Below, piece by piece: positions 25,401-40,400 of a stretch of 64,000 nucleotides of DNA (positions within the stretch are counted from its first letter, which is position 1; every line of letters starts with the position of its first letter). A program made the translations under genes and the position numbers. The notes under the pieces were generated by a model that was given only the letters and a program-made list of their open reading frames with translations, was not told the DNA's origin and did not search any database. The stretch covers positions 38,192,001 to 38,256,000 of the forward strand of contig OZ024740.1 in assembly GCA_964016885.1 (NCBI GenBank), in the 5' to 3' direction. Source of the stretch: Eledone cirrhosa. Its lineage: Eukaryota.

Positions 25401-28400
25401 ACATTACACTACAGATCAGGTACAAACAGTTGACTAACTAGGTTGTGTTTACATTAATCCTAGCTCATCTTATACATTACACTACAGATCAGGTACAAAC
25501 AGCTGACTAACTAGGTTATTTTTACTTTAATCCTAGCTCATCTTATACATTACACTACAGATCAGGTACAAACAGCTGACTAACTAGATTGTTTTTACAT
25601 TAATCCTAGCTCATCTTATACATTACACTACAGATCAGGTACAAACAGTTGACTAACTAGGTTGTGTTTACATTAATCCTAGCTCATCTTATACATTACA
25701 CTACAGATCAGGTACAAACAGCTGACTAACTAGGTTATTTTTACTTTAATCCTAGCTCATCTTATACATTACACTACAGATCAGGTACAAACAGCTGACT
25801 AACTAGGTTGTTTTTACATTAATCCTAGCTCATCTTATACATTACACTACAGATCAGGTACAAACAGTTGACTAACTAGGTTGTGTTTACATTAATCCTA
25901 GCTCATCTTATACATTACACTACAGATCAGGTACAAACAGCTGACTAACTAGGTTATTTTTACTTTAATCCTAGCTCATCTTATACATTACACTACAGAT
26001 CAGGTACAAACAGTTGACTAACTAGGTTGTGTTTACATTAACCCTAGCTCATCTTATACATTACACTACAGATCAGGTACAAACAGCTGACTAACTAGGT
26101 TATTTTTACATTAATCCTAGCTCATCTTATACATTACACTACAGATCAGGTACAAACAGTTGACTAACTAGGTTGTGTTTACATTAATCCTAGCTCATCT
26201 TATACATTACACTACAGATCAGGTACAAACAGCTGACTAACTAGGTTATTTTTACTTTAATCCTAGCTCATCTTATACATTACACTACAGATCAGGTACA
26301 AACAGTTGACTAACTAGGTTGTGTTTATATTAATCCTAGCTCATCATATAAATTACACTACAGATCAGGTACAAACAGTTGACTAACTAGGTTGTGTTTA
26401 CATTAATCCTAGCTCATCTTATACATTACACTACAGATCAGGTACAAACAGCTGACTAACTAGGTTATTTTTACATTAATCCTAGCTCATCTTATACATT
26501 ACACTACAGATCAGGTACAAACAGTTGACTAACTAGGTTGTGTTTACATTAATCCTAGCTCATCTTATACATTACACTACAGATCGGGTACAAACAGCTG
26601 ACTAACTAGGTTATTTTTACATTAATCCTAGCTCATCTTATACATTACACTACAGATCAGGTACAAACAGTTGACTAACTAGGTTGTGTTTACATTAATC
26701 TTAGCTCATCTTATACATTACACTACAGATCAGGTACAAACAGTTGACTAACTAGGTTGTGTTTACATTAATCCTAGCTCATCTTATACATTACACTACA
26801 GATCAGGTACAAACAGCTGACTAACTAGGTTATTTTTACTTTAATCCTAGCTCATCTTATACATTACACTACAGATCAGGTACAAACAGCTGACTAACTA
26901 GGTTGTTTTTACATTAATCCTAGCTCATCTTATACATTACACTACAGATCAGGTACAAACAGTTGACTAACTAGGTTGTGTTTACATTAATCCTAGCTCA
27001 TCTTATACATTACACTACAGATCAGGTACAAACAGCTGACTAACTAGGTTATTTTTACTTTAATCCTAGCTCATCTTATACATTACACTACAGATCAGGT
27101 ACAAACAGCTGACTAACTAGGTTGTTTTTACATTAATCCTAGCTCATCTTATACATTACACTACAGATCAGGTACAAACAGTTGACTAACTAGGTTGTGT
27201 TTACATTAATCCTAGCTCATCTTATACATTACACTACAGATCAGGTACAAACAGCTGACTAACTAGGTTATTTTTACTTTAATCCTAGCTCATCTTATAC
27301 ATTACACTACAGATCAGGTACAAACAGTTGACTAACTTGGTTGTGTTTACATTAACCCTAGCTCATCTTATACATTACACTACAGATCAGGTACAAACAG
27401 CTGACTAACTAGGTTATTTTTACATTAATCCTAGCTCATCTTATACATTACACTACAGATCAGGTACAAACAGTTGACTAACTAGGTTGTGTTTACATTA
27501 ATCCTAGCTCATCTTATACATTACACTACAGATCAGGTACAAACAGCTGACTAACTAGGTTATTTTTACTTTAATCCTAGCTCATCTTATACATTACACT
27601 ACAGATCAGGTACAAACAGTTGACTAACTAGGTTGTGTTTATATTAATCCTAGCTCATCTTATAAATTACACTACAGATCAGGTACAAACAGTTGACTAA
27701 CTAGGTTGTGTTTACATTAATCCTAGCTCATCTTATACATTACACTACAGATCAGGTACAAACAGCTGACTAACTAGGTTATTTTTACATTAATCCTAGC
27801 TCATCTTATACATTACACTACAGATCAGGTACAAACAGTTGACTAACTAGGTTGTGTTTACATTAATCCTAGCTCATCTTATACATTACACTACAGATCG
27901 GGTACAAACAGCTGACTAACTAGGTTATTTTTACATTAATCCTAGCTCATCTTATACATTACACTACAGATCAGGTACAAACTGCTGACTAACTAGGTTA
28001 TTTTTACATTAATCCTAGCTCATCTTATACATTACACTACAGATCAGGTACAAACAGTTGACTAACTAGGTTGTGTTTACGTTAATCCTAGCTCATCTTA
28101 TACATTACACTACAGCTCAGGTACAAACAGCTGACTAACTAGGTTATTTTTACTTTAATCCTAGCTCATCTTAAACATTAAACTACAGATCAGGTACAAA
28201 CAGCTGACTAACTAGGTTGTTTTTACATTAATCCTAGCTCATCTTATACATTACACTACAGATCAGGTACAAACAGTTGACTAACTAGGTTGTGTTTACA
28301 TTAATCCTAGCTCATCTTATACATTACACTACAGATCGGGTACAAACAGCTGACTAACTAGGTTATTTTTACATTAATCCTAGCTCATCTTATACATTAC

Positions 28401-31400
28401 ACTACAGATCAGGTACAAACAGTTGACTAACTAGGTTGTGTTTACATTAATCTTAGCTCATCTTATACATTACACTACAGATCAGGTACAAACAGTTGAC
28501 TAACTAGGTTGTGTTTACATTAATCCTAGCTCATCTTATACATTACACTATAGATCAGGTACAAACAGCTGACTAACTAGGTTATTTTTACTTTAATCCT
28601 AGCTCATCTTATACATTACATTACAGATCAGGTACAAACAGCTGACTAACTAGGTTGTTTTTACATTAATCCTAGCTCATCTTATACATTACACTACAGA
28701 TCAGGTACAAACAGTTGACTAACTAGGTTGTGTTTACATTAATCCTAGCTCATCTTATACATTACACTACAGATCAGGTACAAACAGCTGACTAACTAGG
28801 TTATTTTTACATTAATCCTAGCTCATCTTATACATTACACTACAGATCAGGTACAAACAGTTGACTAACTAGGTTGTGTTTATATTAATCCTAGCTCATC
28901 TAATAAATTACACTACAGATCAGGTACAAACAGTTGACTAACTAGGTTGTGTTTACATTAATCCTAGCTCATCTTATACATTACACTACAGATCAGGTAC
29001 AAACAGCTGACTAACTAGGTTATTTTTACATTAATCCTAGCTCATCTTATACATTACACTACAGATCAGGTACAAACAGTTGACTAACTAGGTTGTGTTT
29101 ACATTAATCCTAGCTCATCTTATACATTACACTACAGATCGGGTACAAACAGCTGACTAACTAGGTTATTTTTACATTAATCCTAGCTCATCTTATACAT
29201 TACACTACAGATCAGGTACAAACAGTTGACTAACTAGGTTGTGTTTACATTAATCCTAGCTCATCTTATACATTACACAACAGATCAGGTACAAACAGTT
29301 GACTAACTAGGTTGTGTTTACATTAACCCTAGCTCATCTTATACATTACACTACAGATCAGGTACAAACAGCTGACTAACTAGGTTATTTTTACATTAAT
29401 CTTAGCTCATCTTATACATTACACTACAGATCAGGTACAAACAGTTGACTAACTAGGTTGTGTTTACATTAATCCTAGCTCATCTTATACATTACACTAC
29501 AGATCAGGTACAAACAGCTGACTAACTAGGTTATTTTTACTTTAATCCTAGCTCATCTTATACATTACACTACAGATCAGGTACAAACAGCTGACTAACT
29601 AGGTTGTTTTTACATTAATCCTAGCTCATCTTATACATTACACTACAGATCAGGTACAAACAGTTGACTAACTAGGTTGTGTTTACATTAATCCTAGCTC
29701 ATCTTATACATTACACTACAGATCAGGTACAAACAGCTGACTATCTAGGTTATTTTTACTTTAATCCTAGCTCATCTTATACATTACACTACAGATCAGG
29801 TACAAACAGCTGACTAACTAGGTTGTTTTTACATTAATCCTAGCTCATCTTATACATTACACTACAGATCAGGTACAAACAGTTGACTAACTAGGTTGTG
29901 TTTACATTAATCCTAGCTCATCTTATACATTACACTACAGATCAGGTACAAACAGTTGACTAACTAGGTTGTGTTTACATTAATCCTAGCTCATCTTATA
30001 CATTACACTACAGATCGGGTACAAACAGCTGACTAACTAGGTTATTTTTACATTAATCCTAGCTCATCTTATACATTACACTACAGATCAGGTACAAACA
30101 GCTGACTAACTAGGTTGTTTTTACATTAATCCTAGCTCATCTTATACATTACACTACAGATCAGGTACAAACAGCTGACTAACTAGGTTGTGTTTACATT
30201 AATCCTAGCTCATCTTATACATTACACTACAGATCAGGTACAAACTGCTGACTAACTAGGTTATTTTTACATTAATCCTAGCTCATCTTATACATTACAC
30301 TACAGATCAGGTACAAACAGTTGACTAACTAGGTTGTGTTTACGTTAATCCTAGCTCATCTTATACATTACACTACAGCTCAGGTACAAACAGCTGACTA
30401 ACTAGGTTATTTTTACTTTAATCCTAGCTCATCTTATACATTAAACTACAGATCAGGTACAAACAGCTGACTAACTAGGTTGTTTTTACATTAATCCTAG
30501 CTCATCTTATACATTACACTACAGATCAGGTACAAACAGCTGACTAACTAGGTTATTTTTACTTTAATCCTAGCTCATCTTATACATTACACTACAGATC
30601 AGGTACAAACAGCTGACTAACTAGGTTGTGTTTACATTAATCCTAGCTCATCTTATACATTACACTACAGATCATGTACAAACAGCTGACTAACTAGGTT
30701 GTGTTTACATTAATCCTAGCTCATCTTATACATTACACTACAGATCAGGTACAAACAGTTGACTAACTAGGTTGTGTTTACATTAATCCTAGCTCATCTT
30801 ATACATTACACTACAGATCAGGTACAAACAGCTGACTAACTAGGTTATTTTTACTTTAATCCTAGCTCATCTTATACGTTACACTACAGATCAGGTACAA
30901 ACAGCTGACTAACTAGGTTGTTTTTACATTAATCCTAGCTCATCTTATAAATTACACTACAGATCAGGTACAAACAGTTGACTAACTAGGTTGTGTTTAC
31001 ATTAATCCTAGCTCATCTTATACATTACACTACAGATCAGGTACAAACAGCTGACTAACTAGGTTATTTTTACATTAATCCTAGCTCATCTTATACATTA
31101 CACTACAGATCAGGTACAAACAGTTGACTAACTAGGTTGTGTTTACATTAATCCTAGCTCATCTTATACATTACACTACAGATCAGGTACAAACAGTTGA
31201 CTAACTAGGTTGTGTTTACATTAATCCTAGCTCATCTTATACATTACACTACAGATCAGGTACAAACAGTTGACTAACTAGGTTGTGTTTACATTAATCC
31301 TAGCTCATCTTATACATTACACTACAGATCAGGTACAAACAGTTGACTAACTAGGTTGTGTTTACATTAATCTTAGCTCATCTTATACATTACACTACAG

Positions 31401-34400
31401 ATCAGGTACAAACAGTTGACTAACTAGGTTGTGTTTACATTAATCCTAGCTCATCTTATACATTACACTACAGATCAGGTACAAACAGCTGACTAACTAG
31501 GTTATTTTTACTTTAATCCTAGCTCATCTTATACATTACACTACAGATCAGGTACAAACAGCTGACTAACTAGATTGTTTTTACATTAATCCTAGCTCAT
31601 CTTATACATTACACTACAGATCAGGTACAAACAGTTGACTAACTAGGTTGTGTTTACATTAATCCTAGCTCATCTTATACATTACACTACAGATCAGGTA
31701 CAAACAGCTGACTAACTAGGTTATTTTTACTTTAATCCTAGCTCATCTTATACATTACACTACAGATCAGGTACAAACAGCTGACTAACTAGGTTGTTTT
31801 TACATTAATCCTAGCTCATCTTATACATTACACTACAGATCAGGTACAAACAGTTGACTAACTAGGTTGTGTTTACATTAATCCTAGCTCATCTTATACA
31901 TTACACTACAGATCAGGTACAAACAGCTGACTAACTAGGTTATTTTTACTTTAATCCTAGCTCATCTTATACATTACACTACAGATCAGGTACAAACAGT
32001 TGACTAACTAGGTTGTGTTTACATTAACCCTAGCTCATCTTATACATTACACTACAGATCAGGTACAAACAGCTGACTAACTAGGTTATTTTTACATTAA
32101 TCCTAGCTCATCTTATACATTACACTACAGATCAGGTACAAACAGTTGACTAACTAGGTTGTGTTTACATTAATCCTAGCTCATCTTATACATTACACTA
32201 CAGATCAGGTACAAACAGCTGACTAACTAGGTTATTTTTACTTTAATCCTAGCTCATCTTATACATTACACTACAGATCAGGTACAAACAGTTGACTAAC
32301 TAGGTTGTGTTTATATTAATCCTAGCTCATCATATAAATTACACTACAGATCAGGTACAAACAGTTGACTAACTAGGTTGTGTTTACATTAATCCTAGCT
32401 CATCTTATACATTACACTACAGATCAGGTACAAACAGCTGACTAACTAGGTTATTTTTACATTAATCCTAGCTCATCTTATACATTACACTACAGATCAG
32501 GTACAAACAGTTGACTAACTAGGTTGTGTTTACATTAATCCTAGCTCATCTTATACATTACACTACAGATCGGGTACAAACAGCTGACTAACTAGGTTAT
32601 TTTTACATTAATCCTAGCTCATCTTATACATTACACTACAGATCAGGTACAAACAGTTGACTAACTAGGTTGTGTTTACATTAATCTTAGCTCATCTTAT
32701 ACATTACACTACAGATCAGGTACAAACAGTTGACTAACTAGGTTGTGTTTACATTAATCCTAGCTCATCTTATACATTACACTACAGATCAGGTACAAAC
32801 AGCTGACTAACTAGGTTATTTTTACTTTAATCCTAGCTCATCTTATACATTACACTACAGATCAGGTACAAACAGCTGACTAACTAGGTTGTTTTTACAT
32901 TAATCCTAGCTCATCTTATACATTACACTACAGATCAGGTACAAACAGTTGACTAACTAGGTTGTGTTTACATTAATCCTAGCTCATCTTATACATTACA
33001 CTACAGATCAGGTACAAACAGCTGACTAACTAGGTTATTTTTACTTTAATCCTAGCTCATCTTATACATTACACTACAGATCAGGTACAAACAGCTGACT
33101 AACTAGGTTGTTTTTACATTAATCCTAGCTCATCTTATACATTACACTACAGATCAGGTACAAACAGTTGACTAACTAGGTTGTGTTTACATTAATCCTA
33201 GCTCATCTTATACATTACACTACAGATCAGGTACAAACAGCTGACTAACTAGGTTATTTTTACTTTAATCCTAGCTCATCTTATACATTACACTACAGAT
33301 CAGGTACAAACAGTTGACTAACTTGGTTGTGTTTACATTAACCCTAGCTCATCTTATACATTACACTACAGATCAGGTACAAACAGCTGACTAACTAGGT
33401 TATTTTTACATTAATCCTAGCTCATCTTATACATTACACTACAGATCAGGTACAAACAGTTGACTAACTAGGTTGTGTTTACATTAATCCTAGCTCATCT
33501 TATACATTACACTACAGATCAGGTACAAACAGCTGACTAACTAGGTTATTTTTACTTTAATCCTAGCTCATCTTATACATTACACTACAGATCAGGTACA
33601 AACAGTTGACTAACTAGGTTGTGTTTATATTAATCCTAGCTCATCTTATAAATTACACTACAGATCAGGTACAAACAGTTGACTAACTAGGTTGTGTTTA
33701 CATTAATCCTAGCTCATCTTATACATTACACTACAGATCGGGTACAAACAGCTGACTAACTAGGTTATTTTTACATTAATCCTAGCTCATCTTATACATT
33801 ACACTACAGATCAGGTACAAACTGCTGACTAACTAGGTTATTTTTACATTAATCCTAGCTCATCTTATACATTACACTACAGATCAGGTACAAACAGTTG
33901 ACTAACTAGGTTGTGTTTACGTTAATCCTAGCTCATCTTATACATTACACTACAGCTCAGGTACAAACAGCTGACTAACTAGGTTATTTTTACTTTAATC
34001 CTAGCTCATCTTAAACATTAAACTACAGATCAGGTACAAACAGCTGACTAACTAGGTTGTTTTTACATTAATCCTAGCTCATCTTATACATTACACTACA
34101 GATCAGGTACAAACAGTTGACTAACTAGGTTGTGTTTACATTAATCCTAGCTCATCTTATACATTACACTACAGATCGGGTACAAACAGCTGACTAACTA
34201 GGTTATTTTTACATTAATCCTAGCTCATCTTATACATTACACTACAGATCAGGTACAAACAGTTGACTAACTAGGTTGTGTTTACATTAATCTTAGCTCA
34301 TCTTATACATTACACTACAGATCAGGTACAAACAGTTGACTAACTAGGTTGTGTTTACATTAATCCTAGCTCATCTTATACATTACACTATAGATCAGGT

Positions 34401-37400
34401 ACAAACAGCTGACTAACTAGGTTATTTTTACTTTAATCCTAGCTCATCTTATACATTACATTACAGATCAGGTACAAACAGCTGACTAACTAGGTTGTTT
34501 TTACATTAATCCTAGCTCATCTTATACATTACACTACAGATCAGGTACAAACAGTTGACTAACTAGGTTGTGTTTACATTAATCCTAGCTCATCTTATAC
34601 ATTACACTACAGATCAGGTACAAACAGCTGACTAACTAGGTTATTTTTACTTTAATCCTAGCTCATCTTATACATTACACTACAGATCAGGTACAAACAG
34701 CTGACTAACTAGGTTGTTTTTACATTAATCCTAGCTCATCTTATATATTACACTACAGATCAGGTACAAACAGTTGACTAACTAGGTTGTGTTTACATTA
34801 ATCCTAGCTCATCTTATACATTACACTACAGATCAGGTACAGACAGCTGACTAACTAGGTTATTTTTACTTTAATCCTAGCTCATCTTATACATTACACT
34901 ACAGATCAGGTACAAACAGTTGACTAACTAGGTTGTGTTTACATTAACCCTAGCTTATCTTATACATTACACTACAGATCAGGTACAAACAGCTGACTAA
35001 CTAGGTTATTTTTACATTAATCCTAGCTCATCTTATACATTACACTACAGATCAGGTACAAACAGTTGACTAACTAGGTTGTGTTTACATTAATCCTAGC
35101 TCATCTTATACATTACACTACAGATCAGGTACAAACAGCTGACTAACTAGGTTATTTTTACATTAATCCTAGCTCATCTTATACATTACACTACAGATCA
35201 GGTACAAACAGTTGACTAACTAGGTTGTGTTTATATTAATCCTAGCTCATCTAATAAATTACACTACAGATCAGGTACAAACAGTTGACTAACTAGGTTG
35301 TGTTTACATTAATCCTAGCTCATCTTATACATTACACTACAGATCAGGTACAAACAGCTGACTAACTAGGTTATTTTTACATTAATCCTAGCTCATCTTA
35401 TACATTACACTACAGATCAGGTACAAACAGTTGACTAACTAGGTTGTGTTTACATTAATCCTAGCTCATCTTATACATTACACTACAGATCGGGTACAAA
35501 CAGCTGACTAACTAGGTTATTTTTACATTAATCCTAGCTCATCTTATACATTACACTACAGATCAGGTACAAACAGTTGACTAACTAGGTTGTGTTTACA
35601 TTAATCCTAGCTCATCTTATACATTACACTACAGATCAGGTACAAACATCTGACTAACTAGGTTATTTTTACATTAATCCTAGCTCATCTTATACATTAC
35701 ACTACAGATCAGGTACAAACAGTTGACTAACTAGGTTGTGGTTACATTAATCCTAGCTTACCTTATACATTACACTACAGATCAGGTACAAACAGCTGAC
35801 TAACTAGGTTGTGTTTACATTAATCCTAGCTCATCTTATACATTACACTACAGATCAGGTACAAACTGCTGACTAACTAGGTTATTTTTACATTAATCCT
35901 AGCTCATCTTATACATTACACTACAGATCAGGTACAAACAGTTGACTAACTAGGTTGTGTTTACGTTAATCCTAGCTCATCTTATACATTACACTACAGC
36001 TCAGGTACAAACAGCTGACTAACTAGGTTATTTTTACTTTAATCCTAGCTCATCTTATACATTAAACTACAGATCAGGTACAAACAGCTGACTAACTAGG
36101 TTGTTTTTACATTAATCCTAGCTCATCTTATACATTATACTACAGATCAGGTACAAACAGCTGACTAACTAGGTTATTTTTACTTTAATCCTAGCTCATC
36201 TTATACATTACACTACAGATCAGGTACAAACAGCTGACTAACTAGGTTGTGTTTACATTAATCCTAGCTCATCTTATACATTACACTACAGATCATGTAC
36301 AAACAGCTGACTAACTAGGTTGTGTTTACATTAATCCTAGCTCATCTTATACATTACACTACAGATCAGGTACAAACAGCTGACTAACTAGGTTATTTTT
36401 ACTTTAATCCTAGCTCATCTTATACGTTACACTACAGATCAGGTACAAACAGCTGACTAACTAGGTTGTTTTTACATTAATCCTAGCTCATCTTATACAT
36501 TACACTACAGATCAGGTACTAACAGTTGACTAACTAGGTTGTGTTTACATTAATCCTAGCTCATCTTATACATTACACTACAGATCAGGTACAAACAGCT
36601 GACTAACTAGGTTATTTTTACATTAATCCTAGCTCATCTTATACATTACACTACAGATCAGGTACAAACAGTTGACTAACTAGGTTGTGTTTACATTAAT
36701 CCTAGCTCATCTTATACATTACACTACAGATCAGGTACAAACAGTTGACTAACTAGGTTGTGTTTACATTAATCCTAGCTCATCTTATACATTACACTAC
36801 AGATCAGGTACAAACAGTTGACTAACTAGGTTGTGTTTACATTAATCCTAGCTCATCTTATACATTACACTACAGATCAGGTACAAACAGCTGACTAACT
36901 AGGTTATTTTTACATTAATCCTAGCTCATCTTATACATTACACTACAGACCAGGTACAAACAGTTGACTAACTAGGTTGTTTTTACATTAATCCTAGCTC
37001 ATCTTATATATTACACTACAGATCAGGTACAAACAGCTGACTAACTAGGTTATTTTTACTTTAATCCTAGCTCATCTTATACATTACACTACAGATCAGG
37101 TACAAACAGCTGACGAACTAGGTTGTTATTACATTAATCCTAGCTCATCTTATACATTAAACTACAGATCAGGTACAAACAGCTGACTAACTAGGTTGTT
37201 TTTACATTAATCCTAGCTCATCGTATACATTACACTACAGATCAGGTACAAACAGCTGACTAACTAGGTTATTTTTACTTTAATCCTAGCTCATCTTATA
37301 CATTACACTACAGATCAGGTACAAACAGCTGACTAACTAGGTTGTGTTTACATTAATCCTAGCTCATCTTATACATTACACTACAGATCAGGTACAAACA

Positions 37401-40400
37401 GCTGACTAACTAGGTTATTTTTACTTTAATCCTAGCTCATCTTATACATTACACTACAGATCGGGTACAAACAGTTGACTAACTAGGTTGTGTTTACATT
37501 AATCCTAGCTCATCTTATACATTACACTACAGATCAGGAACAAACAGCTGACTAACTAGATTATTTTTACATTAATCCTAGCTCATCTTATACATTACAC
37601 TACAGATCAGGTACAAACAGTTGACTAACTAGGTTGTGTTTACATTAATCCTAGCTCATCTTATAGATTACACTACAGATCAGGTACAAACAGCTGACTA
37701 ACTAGGTTATTTTTACATTAATCCTAGCTCATCTTATACATTACACTACAGACCAGGTACAAACAGTTGACTAACTAGGTTGTGTTTACATTAATCCTAG
37801 CTCATCTTATACATTACACTACAGATCAGGTACAAACAGCTGACTAACTAGGTTGTGTTTACATTAATCCTAGCTCATCTTATACATTACACTACAGATC
37901 AGGTACAAACAGTTGACTAACTAGGTTGTGTTTACATTAATCCTAGCTCATCTTATACATTACACTACAGATCAGGTACAAACAGCTGACTAACTAGGTT
38001 ATTTTTACTTTAATCCTAGCTCATCTTATACATTACACTACAGATCAGGTAGAAACAGCTGACTAACTAGGTTGTTTTTACATTAATCCTAGCTCATCTT
38101 ATATATTACACTACAGATCAGGTACAAACAGCTGACTAACTAGGTTATTTTTACTTTAATCCTAGCTCATCTTATACATTACTCTACAGATCAGGTACAA
38201 ACAGCTGACGAACTAGGTTATTTTTACTTTAATCCTAGCTCATCTTATACATTACACTACAGATCAGGTACAAACAGTTGACTAACTAGGTTGTGTTTAC
38301 ATTAATCCTAGCTCATCTTATACATTACACAACAGATCAGGTACAAACAGTTGACTAACTAGGTTGTGTTTACATTAACCCTAGCTCATCTTATACATTA
38401 CACTACAGATCAGGTACAAACAGCTGACTAACTAGGTTATTTTTACATTAATCTTAGCTCATCTTATACATTACACTACAGATCAGGTACAAACAGTTGA
38501 CTAACTAGGTTGTGTTTACATTAATCCTAGCTCATCTTATACATTACACTACAGATCAGGTACAAACAGTTGACTAACTAGGTTGTGTTTACATTAATCC
38601 TAGCTCATCTTATACATTACACTACAGATCAGGTACAAACAGCTGACTAACTAGGTTATTTTTACTTTAATCCTAGCTCATCTTATACATTACACTACAG
38701 ATCAGGTACAAACAGCTGACTAACTAGGTTATTTTTACTTTAATCCTAGCTCATCTTATACATTACACTACAGATCAGGTACAAACAGTTGACTAACTAG
38801 GTTGTGTTTACATTAAACCTAGCTCATCTTATACATTACACTACAGATCAGGTACAAACAGCTGACTAACTAGGTTATTTTTACTTTAATCCTAGCTCAT
38901 CTTATACATTACACTACAGACCAGGTACAAACAGTTGACTAACTAGGTTGTGTTTACATTAACCCTAGCTCATCTTATACATTACACTACAGATCAGGTA
39001 CAAACAGCTGACTAACTAGGTTATTTTTACATTAATCCTAGCTCATCTTATACATTACACTACAGATCAGGTACAAACAGTTGACTAACTAGGTTGTGTT
39101 TATATTAATCCTAGCTCATCTAATAAATTACACTACAGATCAGGTACAAACAGTTGACTAACTAGGTTGTGTTTACATTAATCCTAGCTCATCTTATACA
39201 TTACACTACAGATCAGGTACAAACAGTTGACTAACTAGGTTGTGTTTATATTAATCCTAGCTCATCTAATAAATTACACTACAGATCAGGTACAAACAGT
39301 TGACTAACTAGGTTGTGTTTACATTAATCCTAGCTCATCTTATACATTACACTACAGATCAGGTACAAACAGCTGACTAACTAGGTTATTTTTACATTAA
39401 TCCTAGCTCATCTTATACATTACACTACAGATCAGGTACAAACAGTTGACTAACTAGGTTGTGTTTACATTAATCCTAGCTCATCTTATACATTACACTA
39501 CAGATCGGGTACAAACAGCTGACTAACTAGGTTATTTTTACATTAATCCTAGCTCATCTTATACATTACACTACAGATCAGGTACAAACAGTTGACTAAC
39601 TAGGTTGTGTTTACATTAATCCTAGCTCATCTTATACATTACACTACAGATCAGGTACAAACATCTGACTAACTAGGTTATTTTTACATTAATCCTAGCT
39701 CATCTTATACATTACACTACAGATCAGGTACAAACAGTTGACTAACTAGGTTGTGGTTACATTAATCCTAGCTTACCTTATACATTACACTACAGATCAG
39801 GTACAAACAGCTGACTAACTAGGTTGTGTTTACATTAATCCTAGCTCATCTTATACATTACACTACAGATCAGGTACAAACTGCTGACTAACTAGGTTAT
39901 TTTTACATTAATCCTAGCTCATCTTATACATTACACTACAGATCAGGTACAAACAGTTGACTAACTAGGTTGTGTTTACGTTAATCCTAGCTCATCTTAT
40001 ACATTACACTACAGCTCAGGTACAAACAGCTGACTAACTAGGTTATTTTTACTTTAATCCTAGCTCATCTTATACATTAAACTACAGATCAGGTACAAAC
40101 AGCTGACTAACTAGGTTGTTTTTACATTAATCCTAGCTCATCTTATACATTATACTACAGATCAGGTACAAACAGCTGACTAACTAGGTTATTTTTACTT
40201 TAATCCTAGCTCATCTTATACATTACACTACAGATCAGGTACAAACAGCTGACTAACTAGGTTGTGTTTACATTAATCCTAGCTCATCTGATACATTACA
40301 CTACAGATCATGTACAAACAGCTGACTAACTAGGTTGTGTTTACATTAATCCTAGCTCATCTTATACATTACACTACAGATCAGGTACAAACAGTTGACT

